Source: a bacterium
GTDB taxonomy: Bacteria > Patescibacteriota > Patescibacteriia > JAHIZJ01
Assembly (NCBI GenBank): GCA_030699685.1
Contig: JAUYLJ010000068.1
Location: forward strand, 8,947-72,946
Direction: 5' to 3'
DNA length: 64,000 bases
The position numbers were made by a program, and so were the translations under genes. The notes below the pieces were generated by a model. The model saw only the letters and a list, made by a program, of their open reading frames with translations, was not told the origin of the DNA and searched no databases. Every line of letters starts with the position of its first letter. Within the stretch, counting starts at the first letter, position 1. Of the stretch, positions 46,870 through 56,813 are shown in pieces.

Positions 46870-47343
46870 ATGATGGCTGACAAAACCGAATACATCACTG
46901 CTGAAGGTTTGCAAAAGCTGAAAAAAGAGCTTGATGAACTGAAAAATGTGAAAAGGAAGGAAATTGCTGACAGAATCCAGGAGGCAAAGGAGTTAGGGGA
47001 TTTATCAGAAAATGCCGAATATGCTGACGCGAAAAATGAGCAATCCTTCATTGAGGGACGAATTATCCAACTCGAGAATTTGCTCAAGAATGTCACGATC
47101 ATTTCTGACACCAAGAAGAAAAAATCAGAGGTGGTTCAGGTAGGATCCAAAATTGAGCTGAGCACCAACGGCAACACCCTCAAGTATACGATCGTCGGAT
47201 CAAATGAAGCCGAACCAGAGAAAGGGCTAATATCTAACGAGTCTCCTTTGGGGCAAGCGTTCCTAGGCCGAGGAGTCGGTGAGATGGTGCAAATATCAGT
47301 GCCGGCCGGAACGGTTGAGTACAAAATTCTCCATATAGAGTAG
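46870..47343 (+). CDS. greA: transcription elongation factor GreA
   Basis: YITAEGLQKLKKELDELKNVKRKEIADRIQEAKELGDLSENAEYADAKNEQSFIEGRIIQLE. Confidence 0.9.
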   Translation: MMADKTEYITAEGLQKLKKELDELKNVKRKEIADRIQEAKELGDLSENAEYADAKNEQSFIEGRIIQLENLLKNVTIISDTKKKKSEVVQVGSKIELSTNGNTLKYTIVGSNEAEPEKGLISNESPLGQAFLGRGVGEMVQISVPAGTVEYKILHIE

Positions 47344-47441
47344 CCGTTGACTGGCAGCTGCACCCTTTTTAGCGAAGGCGGCTGACTTGTGATTCCTTAG
47401 TAAAAAGGCTATACTTTGCTTGTAATCGCTTACGAATTTTC

Positions 47442-48908
47442 ATGGGTCGCGAAGACGAAACCCGGGATATCCGGATACAAAAATTAAAGAACCTGGAAGC
47501 CGAAGGGGTTTTAGCATATCCTGGTTCCACCAAAAGGACTCACACCATCAAAGAAGTTCAAGACGAATTCGAAGAGCTTGAGCGATCCAAAAGCATCGTC
47601 ACGCTGACCGGTAGAATACGCTCCATCAGACGTCACGGCGGATCGTGCTTCGTCGACCTTCAAGATGGCACGGCTTCATTTCAGCTCTTTGTCAGCAAGA
47701 AGGAGCTTGATGAAACGAAGTACAAGTTATTTGTCGATACCATAGATCCGGGGGACTTCATCGAAGCAAGCGGAGTGCTTTTTGTTACCAAGCAAAACCA
47801 GCAGTCGCTTCAAACCGGTGAGATCAACCTGTTATCAAAGGCACTGAGAGATTTGCCGTCGGATCACTTTGGTATTAAAAATATTGAAACACGCCTACGA
47901 AAACGCTACATCGATTTGGCTGTAAATGAAGAAACTCGGGAACTTTTTCGAAAAAAAGCCGTTTTTTGGCAAACCATTCGCAATATAATGCTCGAAGCCG
48001 GTTTTTTGGAAGTCTGGACGCCGGTATTGGAAAATATTCCGGGAGGCGCTGAAGCCGAGCCATTCATCACCCACTATAAGGCTCTGGACCGCGAATTCTA
48101 CTTGCGTATTTCTTTGGAGCTTCCTCTGAAAAAGCTGCTCGTCGGCGGCTATGAAAAGGTATTCGAAATAGGCAGGATATTCAGAAACGAGGGCATTTCG
48201 GCCGAGCACCTGCAAGATTATACTCAACTGGAATTCTACTGGGCCTATGCCGACTATCACGACCTGATGAAGTTCTTGGTCACATTGTATCGCCAGACTA
48301 TCATCGCCGTAACCGGAGGTACAGAGGTCAGCTCAGGCGGTCAGACTGTTGATTGGGGCAACAAATGGAAAGAATATGACTACGTTGAGCTGTTTCAAGA
48401 ACGCACAGGTCTTGATTTGCGCCAGGCTACGGAGAAGGACCTGCAAAAAAAGGCTAGTGAGCTGAAGCTGAAATTTGAATCTTTTACCGGCCGGGGAAGG
48501 TTGATTGATTTACTATATAAAAAAACCGTTCGCCCAACCCTGATTGAACCGGGGTTCCTGCTCAATCCACCGGTGGAAATAGAGCCCTTAGCCAAACGCC
48601 TGCCTCAGGATAACTCCAGGGTGCAGCGGCTCCAGGTAGTAGCCTGGGGAACCGAGCTTGGCAAAGGATTCACGGAGTTGAACGACCCGTTGGACCAACG
48701 AGCACGGTTCGAGGAGCAAATGCGATTGCGCGAAGCCGGCGATACGGAAGCGCAAATGATTGATGAAGATTATCTTGAAGCTCAGGAGTATGGCATGCCT
48801 CCGTGTACCGGCTTTGGACTTTCCGAACGGCTGTTTGCCGTACTGATGGACAAGCCGGCCAGAGAAACAGTGATGTTTCCGCCGCTGAGAGAGGAGGGAG
48901 GTAAATAA
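47442..48908 (+). CDS. lysS: lysyl-tRNA synthetase (class II)
   Basis: N-terminal OB anticodon-binding domain. Class II motifs (FLEVWTPVLE; RNEGISAEHLQDYTQLEFY; GMPPCTGFGLSERL). Confidence 0.9.
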   Translation: MGREDETRDIRIQKLKNLEAEGVLAYPGSTKRTHTIKEVQDEFEELERSKSIVTLTGRIRSIRRHGGSCFVDLQDGTASFQLFVSKKELDETKYKLFVDTIDPGDFIEASGVLFVTKQNQQSLQTGEINLLSKALRDLPSDHFGIKNIETRLRKRYIDLAVNEETRELFRKKAVFWQTIRNIMLEAGFLEVWTPVLENIPGGAEAEPFITHYKALDREFYLRISLELPLKKLLVGGYEKVFEIGRIFRNEGISAEHLQDYTQLEFYWAYADYHDLMKFLVTLYRQTIIAVTGGTEVSSGGQTVDWGNKWKEYDYVELFQERTGLDLRQATEKDLQKKASELKLKFESFTGRGRLIDLLYKKTVRPTLIEPGFLLNPPVEIEPLAKRLPQDNSRVQRLQVVAWGTELGKGFTELNDPLDQRARFEEQMRLREAGDTEAQMIDEDYLEAQEYGMPPCTGFGLSERLFAVLMDKPARETVMFPPLREEGGK

Positions 48909-50201
48909 ATGCTGGACATTCAGTACATTCGCCAAGAGCCTGAAAAGACCTCGCAAGCTTTTGTGAAGCGGGGCTGTAAAATATCCGTCAATGATATTTT
49001 AAAATCAGACGAGGAATACCGAAAAGCCAGAACTCAATCGGAGAAAATCAGAGCCGACTTAAACGAATCGTCAAAAAGCATTTCCAAGGTCCCGGCCTCA
49101 GAAAGACCACAAGCTATTTCACGGGCCCAGAAACTAAAAGAGCAGCTGAAGCAAAGCGAACAGCATCTTGAGCTGACAGAAGCGAAGTTCAAGAATCTGA
49201 TGTACAAGCTGCCCAATTTGCCATTTGAAGATGTGCCGGTCGGTAAAGATGAAAAGGCAAACAAAGTCCTGCGGAAAGTTGGTAAAAAACCGGCCTTTAG
49301 TTTTCAAGCCAGGGACTACCTGACCCTGTCGGAAAAAAACGACTGGGTGGATATGTCTCGGGGAGCGCGAACATCCGGCAGTCGCTTTGGGTATATTAAG
49401 GGTGACTTGGTCAAGCTGCAATTCGCTTTGGTTCATCTCGTGCTGGACAGGCTAACCGACGAAAACTGGCTGACTGAAGTAGCGGAGAAAGCAAAGATTG
49501 AAGTGCCGGCCAAAGTGTTTATTCCCGTCGTCCCGCCGGTGATGATAACGCACGAAGCGTTTCGGGCGATGGGCAAACTCGACCCCGGTGAGGAGGAAGA
49601 GCGCTACTATATTCCGAAAGACAAGCTTTTTTTAGTAGGCAGCGCCGAACACTCGATCGGGCCACTCCACATGAATGAAACCTTGGACGCCGAAGAGCTG
49701 CCCACGCGTTATATTGCCTATTCTAGCTGCTTTAGACGCGAGTCTGGGAGTTACGGTCGGGATACAAAAGGAATTTTGCGGGTACATCAATTTGATAAGC
49801 TTGAAATGTTCAGTTTCACTCATCCGGAAAAGTCACGTTTGGAGCATCAATTTTTTCTGGCAATTCAGGAGGCGCTAGTCCAGGAACTGAACCTCCCATA
49901 CCGCGTAATTCATATCTCGACCGGTGATATGGTAAAAACCGACGCTGAACAATTTGACATCGAGATGTGGCTTCCTGGCCAGAATAACGGCAAAGGAGAG
50001 TACCGTGAAACACACTCTACATCAAATTCCACGGATTTTCAGGCCCGCCGCTTGAACGCTAAATTCAGAGCGGGGACAAATAAAGAGTTTTTGCATACTG
50101 TCAATGGAACCGCTTTCGCCATCCCGCGAACCTTGATCGCTATTATTGAAAACTTTCAAAAAAAAGACGGCGGTTTCAAGGTCCCTAAAGCGCTACAGTA
50201 A
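48909..50201 (+). CDS. serS: seryl-tRNA synthetase
   Basis: MLDIQYIRQEPEK.. N-terminal coiled-coil arm. Class II core (FRRESGSYGRDTKGILRVHQFDKLEMF). Confidence 0.9.
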   Translation: MLDIQYIRQEPEKTSQAFVKRGCKISVNDILKSDEEYRKARTQSEKIRADLNESSKSISKVPASERPQAISRAQKLKEQLKQSEQHLELTEAKFKNLMYKLPNLPFEDVPVGKDEKANKVLRKVGKKPAFSFQARDYLTLSEKNDWVDMSRGARTSGSRFGYIKGDLVKLQFALVHLVLDRLTDENWLTEVAEKAKIEVPAKVFIPVVPPVMITHEAFRAMGKLDPGEEEERYYIPKDKLFLVGSAEHSIGPLHMNETLDAEELPTRYIAYSSCFRRESGSYGRDTKGILRVHQFDKLEMFSFTHPEKSRLEHQFFLAIQEALVQELNLPYRVIHISTGDMVKTDAEQFDIEMWLPGQNNGKGEYRETHSTSNSTDFQARRLNAKFRAGTNKEFLHTVNGTAFAIPRTLIAIIENFQKKDGGFKVPKALQ

Positions 50202-50235
50202 TCAAAGCAAATTAATCATAAGCATTTTAGAAAAC

Positions 50236-50517
50236 ATGGATACAATTGGCGTCAGCCAGCAATCAGAGAAAAGCGACCATTGGGTGTTTGAGGTAACAGT
50301 TTCTAATGGAACCACCACGGCTCACACTGTCATACTCGATAAAACGTTTTACAGCGAGCTCACTGAGGAAAACATTACACCTGAAGAGCTTATGAAAAAA
50401 AGTTTTGAGTTTCTTCTGAGACGTGAGCCGAGAGAGAGCATCATGAAGGAATTCAAGCTCGAAACCATCACCAAACATTTTCCGGAATTCGAAATTGAAA
50501 TACGCGGGAGCCAATAG
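50236..50517 (+). CDS. small hypothetical protein
   Basis: ORF after serS. Start set at the internal Met to avoid overlap with serS. No motif. Confidence 0.3.
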   Translation: MDTIGVSQQSEKSDHWVFEVTVSNGTTTAHTVILDKTFYSELTEENITPEELMKKSFEFLLRREPRESIMKEFKLETITKHFPEFEIEIRGSQ

Positions 50518-50526
50518 GCGCAATCA

Positions 50527-51687
50527 GTGAGAATGCGAAATCGCCAACCACATCGCCTGCCACAACTCACCTGGATTGAGATAAGCCAATCCGCTCTTGA
50601 ACATAATTTGAAAAATTTCAGAAAGTTGGCAGGACGCTCACCGCTGTTGATGCCAGTAGTGAAGGGTAACGCCTACGGGCACGGGCTGGCTGCCATTGCC
50701 CAAATCGTGCAAAAGCAGGCCGACTGGCTGGCCGTGGTCAATGTAGGCGAGGCGCTGGCACTGCGCCAGGCTGGAGTTCGCAAGAAGCTGATGGTGTTGG
50801 GTTTTTTTGACCCGAACCAGATATCGCTAGCTGTCGGCAAAAACATAGTTTTGCCCGTCTATACGTTAACCATGGCGAAGCAAATATCCGCCGCCGCTCA
50901 GGCAAAAAGAAAAACATTTCCCGTTCACGTCAAACTGGACGTTGGCACGTCGCGGCTCGGCCTTCGACCGGAAAAGACCTTGGCATTCTTACGACAGATA
51001 AAAAAGCTTCCAGGATTGCGCATAGAGGGCGCGTATTCTCATCTGGCTGATTCCGAGAATTTTGATCAAAAATATACTAAGCTTCAGGTTGAAATTTTTA
51101 CGAAAACGCTGGAGCTCTTTGAAGAGGTAAACATCAAATTGCGCTATCGGCATCTGGCCTGTTCCGCGGCCACACTGATCAATTCACAAACGCGATTTGA
51201 TATTCTCCGAATCGGCATTGGTCTCTACGGCCTCTGGCCCTCGATTGAGACGAAGAAACTGTATGAGAAAAAATTCAACCATTTCACGCTTCAACCGGTT
51301 CTCTCCTGGCACACTAGGGTGATTCAAATAAAACAGGTTCCCAAAAATACGTTTATCGGCTACGGCTGTTCCTACCGCGCCAGACGGGATACCCGTATCG
51401 CCGTCATACCCGTGGGGTACTGGGACGGATACGATCGCGGACTGTCAAATCGCGGCGAAGTCCTGATCCGTGGAAAAAGGCGCCCGGTATTGGGCCGGGT
51501 GTGCATGAATATGCTTATGTTGGACGTAACTGACCGGCCAAATGTCAGAGTAGGGGATATTGCCACTTTGATCGGCCAACAGGGTAAAGAAAGCATAAGC
51601 GCTGAAGAACTGGCGGAAAAGGCCCAGACGATTCACTATGAAATCGTAACTAGAATTCAGCCTGAGTTACCCCGTATTATCGTGTAG
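50527..51687 (+). CDS. alr: alanine racemase
   Basis: PLP-lysine motif VVKGNAYGHG, and C-terminal beta domain. Confidence 0.9.
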   Translation: MRMRNRQPHRLPQLTWIEISQSALEHNLKNFRKLAGRSPLLMPVVKGNAYGHGLAAIAQIVQKQADWLAVVNVGEALALRQAGVRKKLMVLGFFDPNQISLAVGKNIVLPVYTLTMAKQISAAAQAKRKTFPVHVKLDVGTSRLGLRPEKTLAFLRQIKKLPGLRIEGAYSHLADSENFDQKYTKLQVEIFTKTLELFEEVNIKLRYRHLACSAATLINSQTRFDILRIGIGLYGLWPSIETKKLYEKKFNHFTLQPVLSWHTRVIQIKQVPKNTFIGYGCSYRARRDTRIAVIPVGYWDGYDRGLSNRGEVLIRGKRRPVLGRVCMNMLMLDVTDRPNVRVGDIATLIGQQGKESISAEELAEKAQTIHYEIVTRIQPELPRIIV

Positions 51688-51692
51688 TCTCC

Positions 51693-52772
51693 ATGAAAAC
51701 ATTACCAAACAGAAAAATTACCGTCGCGCTTCTGTTTGGCGGACGGTCCGGTGAACACGAAGTATCGATCGATTCCGCCGAATCAATCCTTGCTGCTTTG
51801 AATCCCCGCAAGTACGAAGTACTGCAAATCGGCATAACGAAAGAAGGGGAATGGCTGGCCGGACCTGATATGGTGGCGTATCTAAGAAGCGGTCGAGGGA
51901 AAGCGAAAAGTGTTTCGCTGCAGCCGGAGCCGCGCGGCCAAAAAAAACGATGGCAAGACCAGGTTGACGTTGTTTTCCCGATACTCCACGGCAGTTTTGG
52001 CGAGGACGGAAAAATCCAAGGGCTTCTAGAGCTGGCTGGCTTGTCCTACGTTGGAAGTGACACCCTGTCTTCGGCGGCCGGGATGGACAAGGAAATCATG
52101 CGGAGAGTGTTTCAGGCGCACAAGCTCCCGGTCCCGCTCTATGAAGCGGTACTGAAAAAAGAATGGAAGGGCAAAAATTCCAGTATTTTGCGACACATAA
52201 AAAAATCGTTACAGTTTCCTGTTTTTACCAAACCGGCGAACCTTGGTTCAAGCGTCGGGATACGGAAGTGTGCGAATGTTTCACAATTGGCCCAAGGCCT
52301 CCAAACAGCTTTCCGATACGACACGAAGGCAATAGTAGACCAAGGGATTCTTGGAAGAGAGTTAAATTGCGCGATTCTGGGGAATGAAGACGCCCGGGCG
52401 TCCGAAGTATGTGAGGTGAAGACAAAAAGAGAGTTTTATGATTATGACGCCAAGTATACTGATGATGACACGGAGATAATCATCCCCGCGCGCGTATCAA
52501 AGACAGTCCGTGCTGAGGTCCAGAAACTTTCTCTAAGCGCCTTTCACGCCTTACGCTGTTCTGGCCTGGCCAGAGTTGAATTCTTCCTGGAGAAAAAAAC
52601 CGGTAAAATCCTTTTAAACGAAATTAACACGTTGCCCGGATTTACCAGCCACAGCATGTATCCGCGTCTATGGAATTTTTCCGGAGTTTCGTTTGGCCAG
52701 CTATGCGACGAGCTTATCGGATACGCCATTAAGCATCAGGCCGAAAGAAAGTCATTGAAATTCACTTACTGA
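51693..52772 (+). CDS. ddl: D-alanine--D-alanine ligase
   Basis: ITVALLFGGRSGEHEVSIDSA...HGSFGEDGKIQGLLELAGLSYVGS...ATP-grasp motifs (EFYDYDAKY, ARVEF). Confidence 0.9.
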   Translation: MKTLPNRKITVALLFGGRSGEHEVSIDSAESILAALNPRKYEVLQIGITKEGEWLAGPDMVAYLRSGRGKAKSVSLQPEPRGQKKRWQDQVDVVFPILHGSFGEDGKIQGLLELAGLSYVGSDTLSSAAGMDKEIMRRVFQAHKLPVPLYEAVLKKEWKGKNSSILRHIKKSLQFPVFTKPANLGSSVGIRKCANVSQLAQGLQTAFRYDTKAIVDQGILGRELNCAILGNEDARASEVCEVKTKREFYDYDAKYTDDDTEIIIPARVSKTVRAEVQKLSLSAFHALRCSGLARVEFFLEKKTGKILLNEINTLPGFTSHSMYPRLWNFSGVSFGQLCDELIGYAIKHQAERKSLKFTY

Positions 52773-52773
52773 G

Positions 52774-53886
52774 ATGTCATATCAGGCTTCACAACCACGC
52801 CGTTTCGTAACCCGCAACCTGGAATATCATAATCCCTACTTTCAACGCGAATCGCCGGAGCAAAAAAACCATCGTCACAAGCGCCTCCGCTATTGGATTG
52901 TAGCCGTGGTGATAATAGCCGTAGCGTATATCGTCGTGTATTCCAGTATTTTTCGCGTCTCAGAACTGGACGTCACCGGACCCAATACCGCGCACAGCGG
53001 TTTGCTGCAGCAAGAGGCGGATGAGTATTTGTCATCGCGTATCTGGGGGGTATTGCCTCAGGATAACAGTTTGTGGCTGTCGGCGGATGTCATGGAGTCG
53101 GCGTTGATCGAGGCCGCTGCCGATACCGTTGCCCTTGAAAGTCTAGTGGTAGTAAAAGATTTTCCAAAAAAAATAACCGTAGAGTATATAGAACGCACCG
53201 CGAAAATTATTGTCATGAACGAGGAGCGATTGTTCTCCGTTGACTCCCAGGGCGTGGTTATCAGTGAATACGCTCCGCCTGTGTTTGTCAACAATGACGA
53301 AAACGTACCAGCACCCGATGGAGCCAGCACAGACACTCAGCAAGACAACACAGAGCCTGAGTATCCTGTACTCGTGGCCGATATTGAAGAAGTTTTGATT
53401 GCCCATCAAGTGGTGCCGCCCGCTTTGGTTCAGGCGATTATTGATCTTGAAGACCGTTTCCCCTCGCGCTTTTCTGAATTTTCCATAGATCAATACAGTA
53501 CGATTGACCGGCCTTGCGAGGAATTTGTACTTGAGGACGAGACTGTCGATGAAGAAAATAACGAAAACAATTCTCTCAACAGTAACTCAGAAACAACCAA
53601 CGCGAACGTAAACACCAATCTCAATATTAATACCAACTCCACCAAGAATATAAACTCAGCCAATACCAACACCCAGGAAAGAATTGTCGTTCCTTGTCCG
53701 GAGCCAATACTGAACGAGTTTGCCTTGCGACTCAAGGAGGGGCCGGAAATATACTTTTCTACTGATGCGGCTATAGAAATACAGCTTAACAGCCTCTACC
53801 TCACCATCAACGAAACCATAAAAAACGGCCTTTCTGGGCTTGAATATATCGACTTACGATATCTGAACCGCGTCTACTACAAATAG
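52774..53886 (+). CDS. FtsQ/DivIB-like cell division protein with Asn/Thr-rich low-complexity insert
   Basis: Cytoplasmic N-terminus, single TM, POTRA-like region (IFRVSELDVTGPNTA...). Position after ddl matches the ddl-ftsQ arrangement. Contains NENNSLNSNSETTNANVNTNLNINTNSTKNINSANTNTQ. Confidence 0.5.
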   Translation: MSYQASQPRRFVTRNLEYHNPYFQRESPEQKNHRHKRLRYWIVAVVIIAVAYIVVYSSIFRVSELDVTGPNTAHSGLLQQEADEYLSSRIWGVLPQDNSLWLSADVMESALIEAAADTVALESLVVVKDFPKKITVEYIERTAKIIVMNEERLFSVDSQGVVISEYAPPVFVNNDENVPAPDGASTDTQQDNTEPEYPVLVADIEEVLIAHQVVPPALVQAIIDLEDRFPSRFSEFSIDQYSTIDRPCEEFVLEDETVDEENNENNSLNSNSETTNANVNTNLNINTNSTKNINSANTNTQERIVVPCPEPILNEFALRLKEGPEIYFSTDAAIEIQLNSLYLTINETIKNGLSGLEYIDLRYLNRVYYK

Positions 53887-54331
53887 GGCAGGGAGGCTTG
53901 TTTTTAGGCCGTATTATCTCTTTTTTGCTAACATTAGCTATAATATGCTATAACTGTACATTTTGTTTGTCACACTTGGATGGAGCACCTCAGGATACGG
54001 CAAACGGTTGTTTAATGAGCTACAAAATGTATAAACTCATTTCTGGCGCCTGTATGGCGCTGGGATAACTCAACGATGTTCTCGACAAGCTCGAATGATA
54101 TTCTTTTTTAATATCCTTCGAGCTACCCTATACCACTCGCGCGCGTACACGTTCGGGTACGGGGGAAGCTCGATATTTTGTACACCCAAGCCTTGGTCGG
54201 GCCGTAATGCCTCAAAGCTAAAAAAGACTATAGCGTCTCAAATTGTATATTGTGCGACACAACTATACTTCTCCCCCCGCTCGAATTGCCTTATAATATA
54301 GTTAGGCTTCTAAATCAATTAAAGTACGCGT

Positions 54332-54577
54332 ATGAATGAACAAACAGGGGAAAAACCAAGCCACGCCGAGCTTGAACATGAGAACATGCTGAAGCGGCTT
54401 GAGCATGAAAGCAAAGCAATGCTTGAGTTTGAAATGAGCTTTGGGGAAAAAGTCAGAGGCACGGTCAGTCAGTGGGTTGAGGGTAAAGGCGTTCACGTCA
54501 GGACTGAGGGCGGCAATACGAGACTTCTCAGTTTTGAAAAAATCAAGGACTACGAAGTTGTCCCTGAGGAAGATTAG
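54332..54577 (+). CDS. small hypothetical protein
   Basis: 81-aa ORF in an otherwise non-coding AT-rich stretch. No motif. Confidence 0.25.
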   Translation: MNEQTGEKPSHAELEHENMLKRLEHESKAMLEFEMSFGEKVRGTVSQWVEGKGVHVRTEGGNTRLLSFEKIKDYEVVPEED

Positions 54578-54840
54578 ATAAAAAACGGGTAGATTATTGC
54601 CCGCCTATTTTAGTTTCTAGTTATCTTTAGGTATTTCCCCTACTCCCGGAACATTTTTTCGGAAAGTCCGAAGGGTGCCTCTTTTTCGGTTAATATCAGA
54701 AAACTTCCAAGCGGATGGTAATCCTCCAATCAAGCGGATTACTTCATGAGCTAATTCGTCTTCGCTCATCTCTTCAACAGGCTTTTCTTTCGATACTGAG
54801 GACTCATCCTCAGGATGTTCCCCAGCTTCACGTCCTTCCA

Positions 54841-56217
54841 TCAAGGAAGATAGTTCAACGGATCAACTGGAATGCCATTGAGTCTCACGCCAAAATGAAG
54901 ATGGGGACCCGTTGTCTGCCTACCAGCACCGGGAGTTCCTGGCATACCGCCACTGAGACCTATCACCTGTCCCCTTGCGACGAATTGGTCTTCTTCAACC
55001 TTTACATCGCTCATATGTAAGTATAACGTAGACAAGCCATTAGCATGGATAATCATAATCCACGATAGACCTAATCCAGAGTCTTGGGGAGATATAGCAC
55101 GTGCGACATATCCCGATGCGGCGGCCTTAACTGGCGTTCCTTGTTTCGCACGTATATCAATTGCATCATGTTCACCGGAGGATCTAAAGGGATACGTAGG
55201 GTCGTAAAAATACGCCGTGATTCCTCCGACAGGACTGACAGGCCAGGAAAGCGTTGATGCATCATCAGCCTCAAGCAAATCTCCCCCTTCAAGAGTTTTG
55301 CGGACGGTTTCCTCGATAGTTTGAACCTCGGAGTTGACCGCGTTCTGCTCGACTTGCACGGCGCGTAAAAGATCCTGGTACTGATCTTCGCTTTGCAGAG
55401 TTTCATCAAGCAGACGAGCTTTGTAGATTTGCTGTCCCTCGAGGCTTTGTTTCTCCACTTCCAGCTTCTGGACGGTATTTTGCATATTCGCTTCATTGCT
55501 TTCAAGATCAGTCTGGATCACGCCCAGATCATCTTTGAGCTGTATCACCTCGTCCAGAAACCCTTTCAGTTTGTGCTGAATTTCTTCAACATAATTCACT
55601 TCGTTGAAGAAATTGGAAAAACGGTTTTCTCGCAATAATATTTCAAGAAAGTTCTTGTCCTGATAGGTCTGCAAACGCCGAAGCAGTTCCGCCAAGCGCG
55701 CTTTCTGATCGACTATTTGGTCTTCCCTGTCCTTAATCTTGCTCTTCACTTCGCGAATCTGCAACTCCAGAGTATCGAGTTCAGTTTCAGTGATTTGAAT
55801 TTCCAGCTCCGTCGTGGCTACCTGGTCGTCAATGGATTCTATTTGTTTGCTTAAGGTGATTCCCTCTTGCTGTTTGAGAGAAATGTTTTTCTTCAGAGTA
55901 TCGAAGCGGGTGTTCAGTTCATCGAGCTCCTGCTTCCTTTCTTGAATAAGCAGGTTAAGTTCAAGGATGGTCTGGTCCAACTCTTCGTCGCTTTCCCCTT
56001 CGCTGGCTGTTTCTTCCGCGACACCCTCAGCTTCATTCGGAGTGATATCCTCATCGCCTTCAGCCGCCTGCGTATATTGTATTACGCCAAAAACCCCCAA
56101 GCTTAGAACAGTCGCCAGGAGCAAAGAAATTATTGTTCGGTATTTGTTCTGTCTTGGCATTATGGTTTTCTCCACTTTGTATAGTATAGCAGAATTTGAA
56201 AGAAACTTCCAGGACAA
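54841..56217 (-). CDS. M23-family metallopeptidase with long N-terminal coiled coil (EnvC-like murein hydrolase activator/peptidase)
   Basis: Signal-anchor, ~250 aa heptad-rich coiled coil, C-terminal M23 domain (HDAIDIRAKQGTPVKAAASGYV...GPHLHFGVRLNG). Confidence 0.8.
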   Translation of the reverse strand: MSWKFLSNSAILYKVEKTIMPRQNKYRTIISLLLATVLSLGVFGVIQYTQAAEGDEDITPNEAEGVAEETASEGESDEELDQTILELNLLIQERKQELDELNTRFDTLKKNISLKQQEGITLSKQIESIDDQVATTELEIQITETELDTLELQIREVKSKIKDREDQIVDQKARLAELLRRLQTYQDKNFLEILLRENRFSNFFNEVNYVEEIQHKLKGFLDEVIQLKDDLGVIQTDLESNEANMQNTVQKLEVEKQSLEGQQIYKARLLDETLQSEDQYQDLLRAVQVEQNAVNSEVQTIEETVRKTLEGGDLLEADDASTLSWPVSPVGGITAYFYDPTYPFRSSGEHDAIDIRAKQGTPVKAAASGYVARAISPQDSGLGLSWIMIIHANGLSTLYLHMSDVKVEEDQFVARGQVIGLSGGMPGTPGAGRQTTGPHLHFGVRLNGIPVDPLNYLP

Positions 56218-56282
56218 ACTTGAACAGCAAGCCGCCTTGACGTATTATGTAACAAAGGCCGCAGGGAATCTTACCTGCTTTT

Positions 56283-56807
56283 ATGTTTCATAAAAACTCA
56301 CAAAAACGCTTGTCTCTCGAGAACGCGGTGTATTTTGTGACTACAAAAACTAAGTGGAATTATCCATATCTTGCGAACATATGTTTAGCAAATTTATGCG
56401 AGGCAAAAATATGGCTAGCTCAAGAACAGCTTCATTTTCAGTTGTTCGGGTATGTAATTATTCCTGACCATCTCCATATATTGTTTCGACCTCTCAAAAC
56501 ATCAACTGTATCCGATAGTATGCATTATATTAAACGCAACACGTCCCGAAGTGCGAATATCTTGCTCCATACCTCCGCAGGCGAGGATGATCATCCTCGC
56601 CTGCGGGGCGGAAGTCACAGTCAAACAAAGAAATTCTTTTGGCAATCGTCATTTCATGACCACATCATCCGTGACCAAAAAGACTTCAACCGACACGTTG
56701 AATACCTGCGCTATAACCCGATCAAACACGGGTTGTTGTTAAGTGAAAACAATAAATATCCCTATATGTACATCAACTACGAGCTGATACAAAAACTCTT
56801 TGGATAA
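56283..56807 (+). mobile_element. IS200/IS605-family Y1 (HUH) transposase-like gene, REP-associated tyrosine transposase (RAYT)-like
   Basis: HUH motif IIPDHLHILF, WQSSFHDHIIRDQKDFNRHVEYLRYNPIKHGL, catalytic Tyr region (KYPYMY). Single copy. Confidence 0.65.
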
Positions 56808-56813
56808 TTTATC

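Noticed and set aside
54630-54700. GGAAAGTCCGAAGG segment resembling part of the RNase P RNA P4 consensus (GGAAAGUCCGG)
   Set aside because: It is only a short partial match with no surrounding P4/P10-P12 architecture, and sits in a convergent intergenic region. More likely chance or a terminator hairpin.
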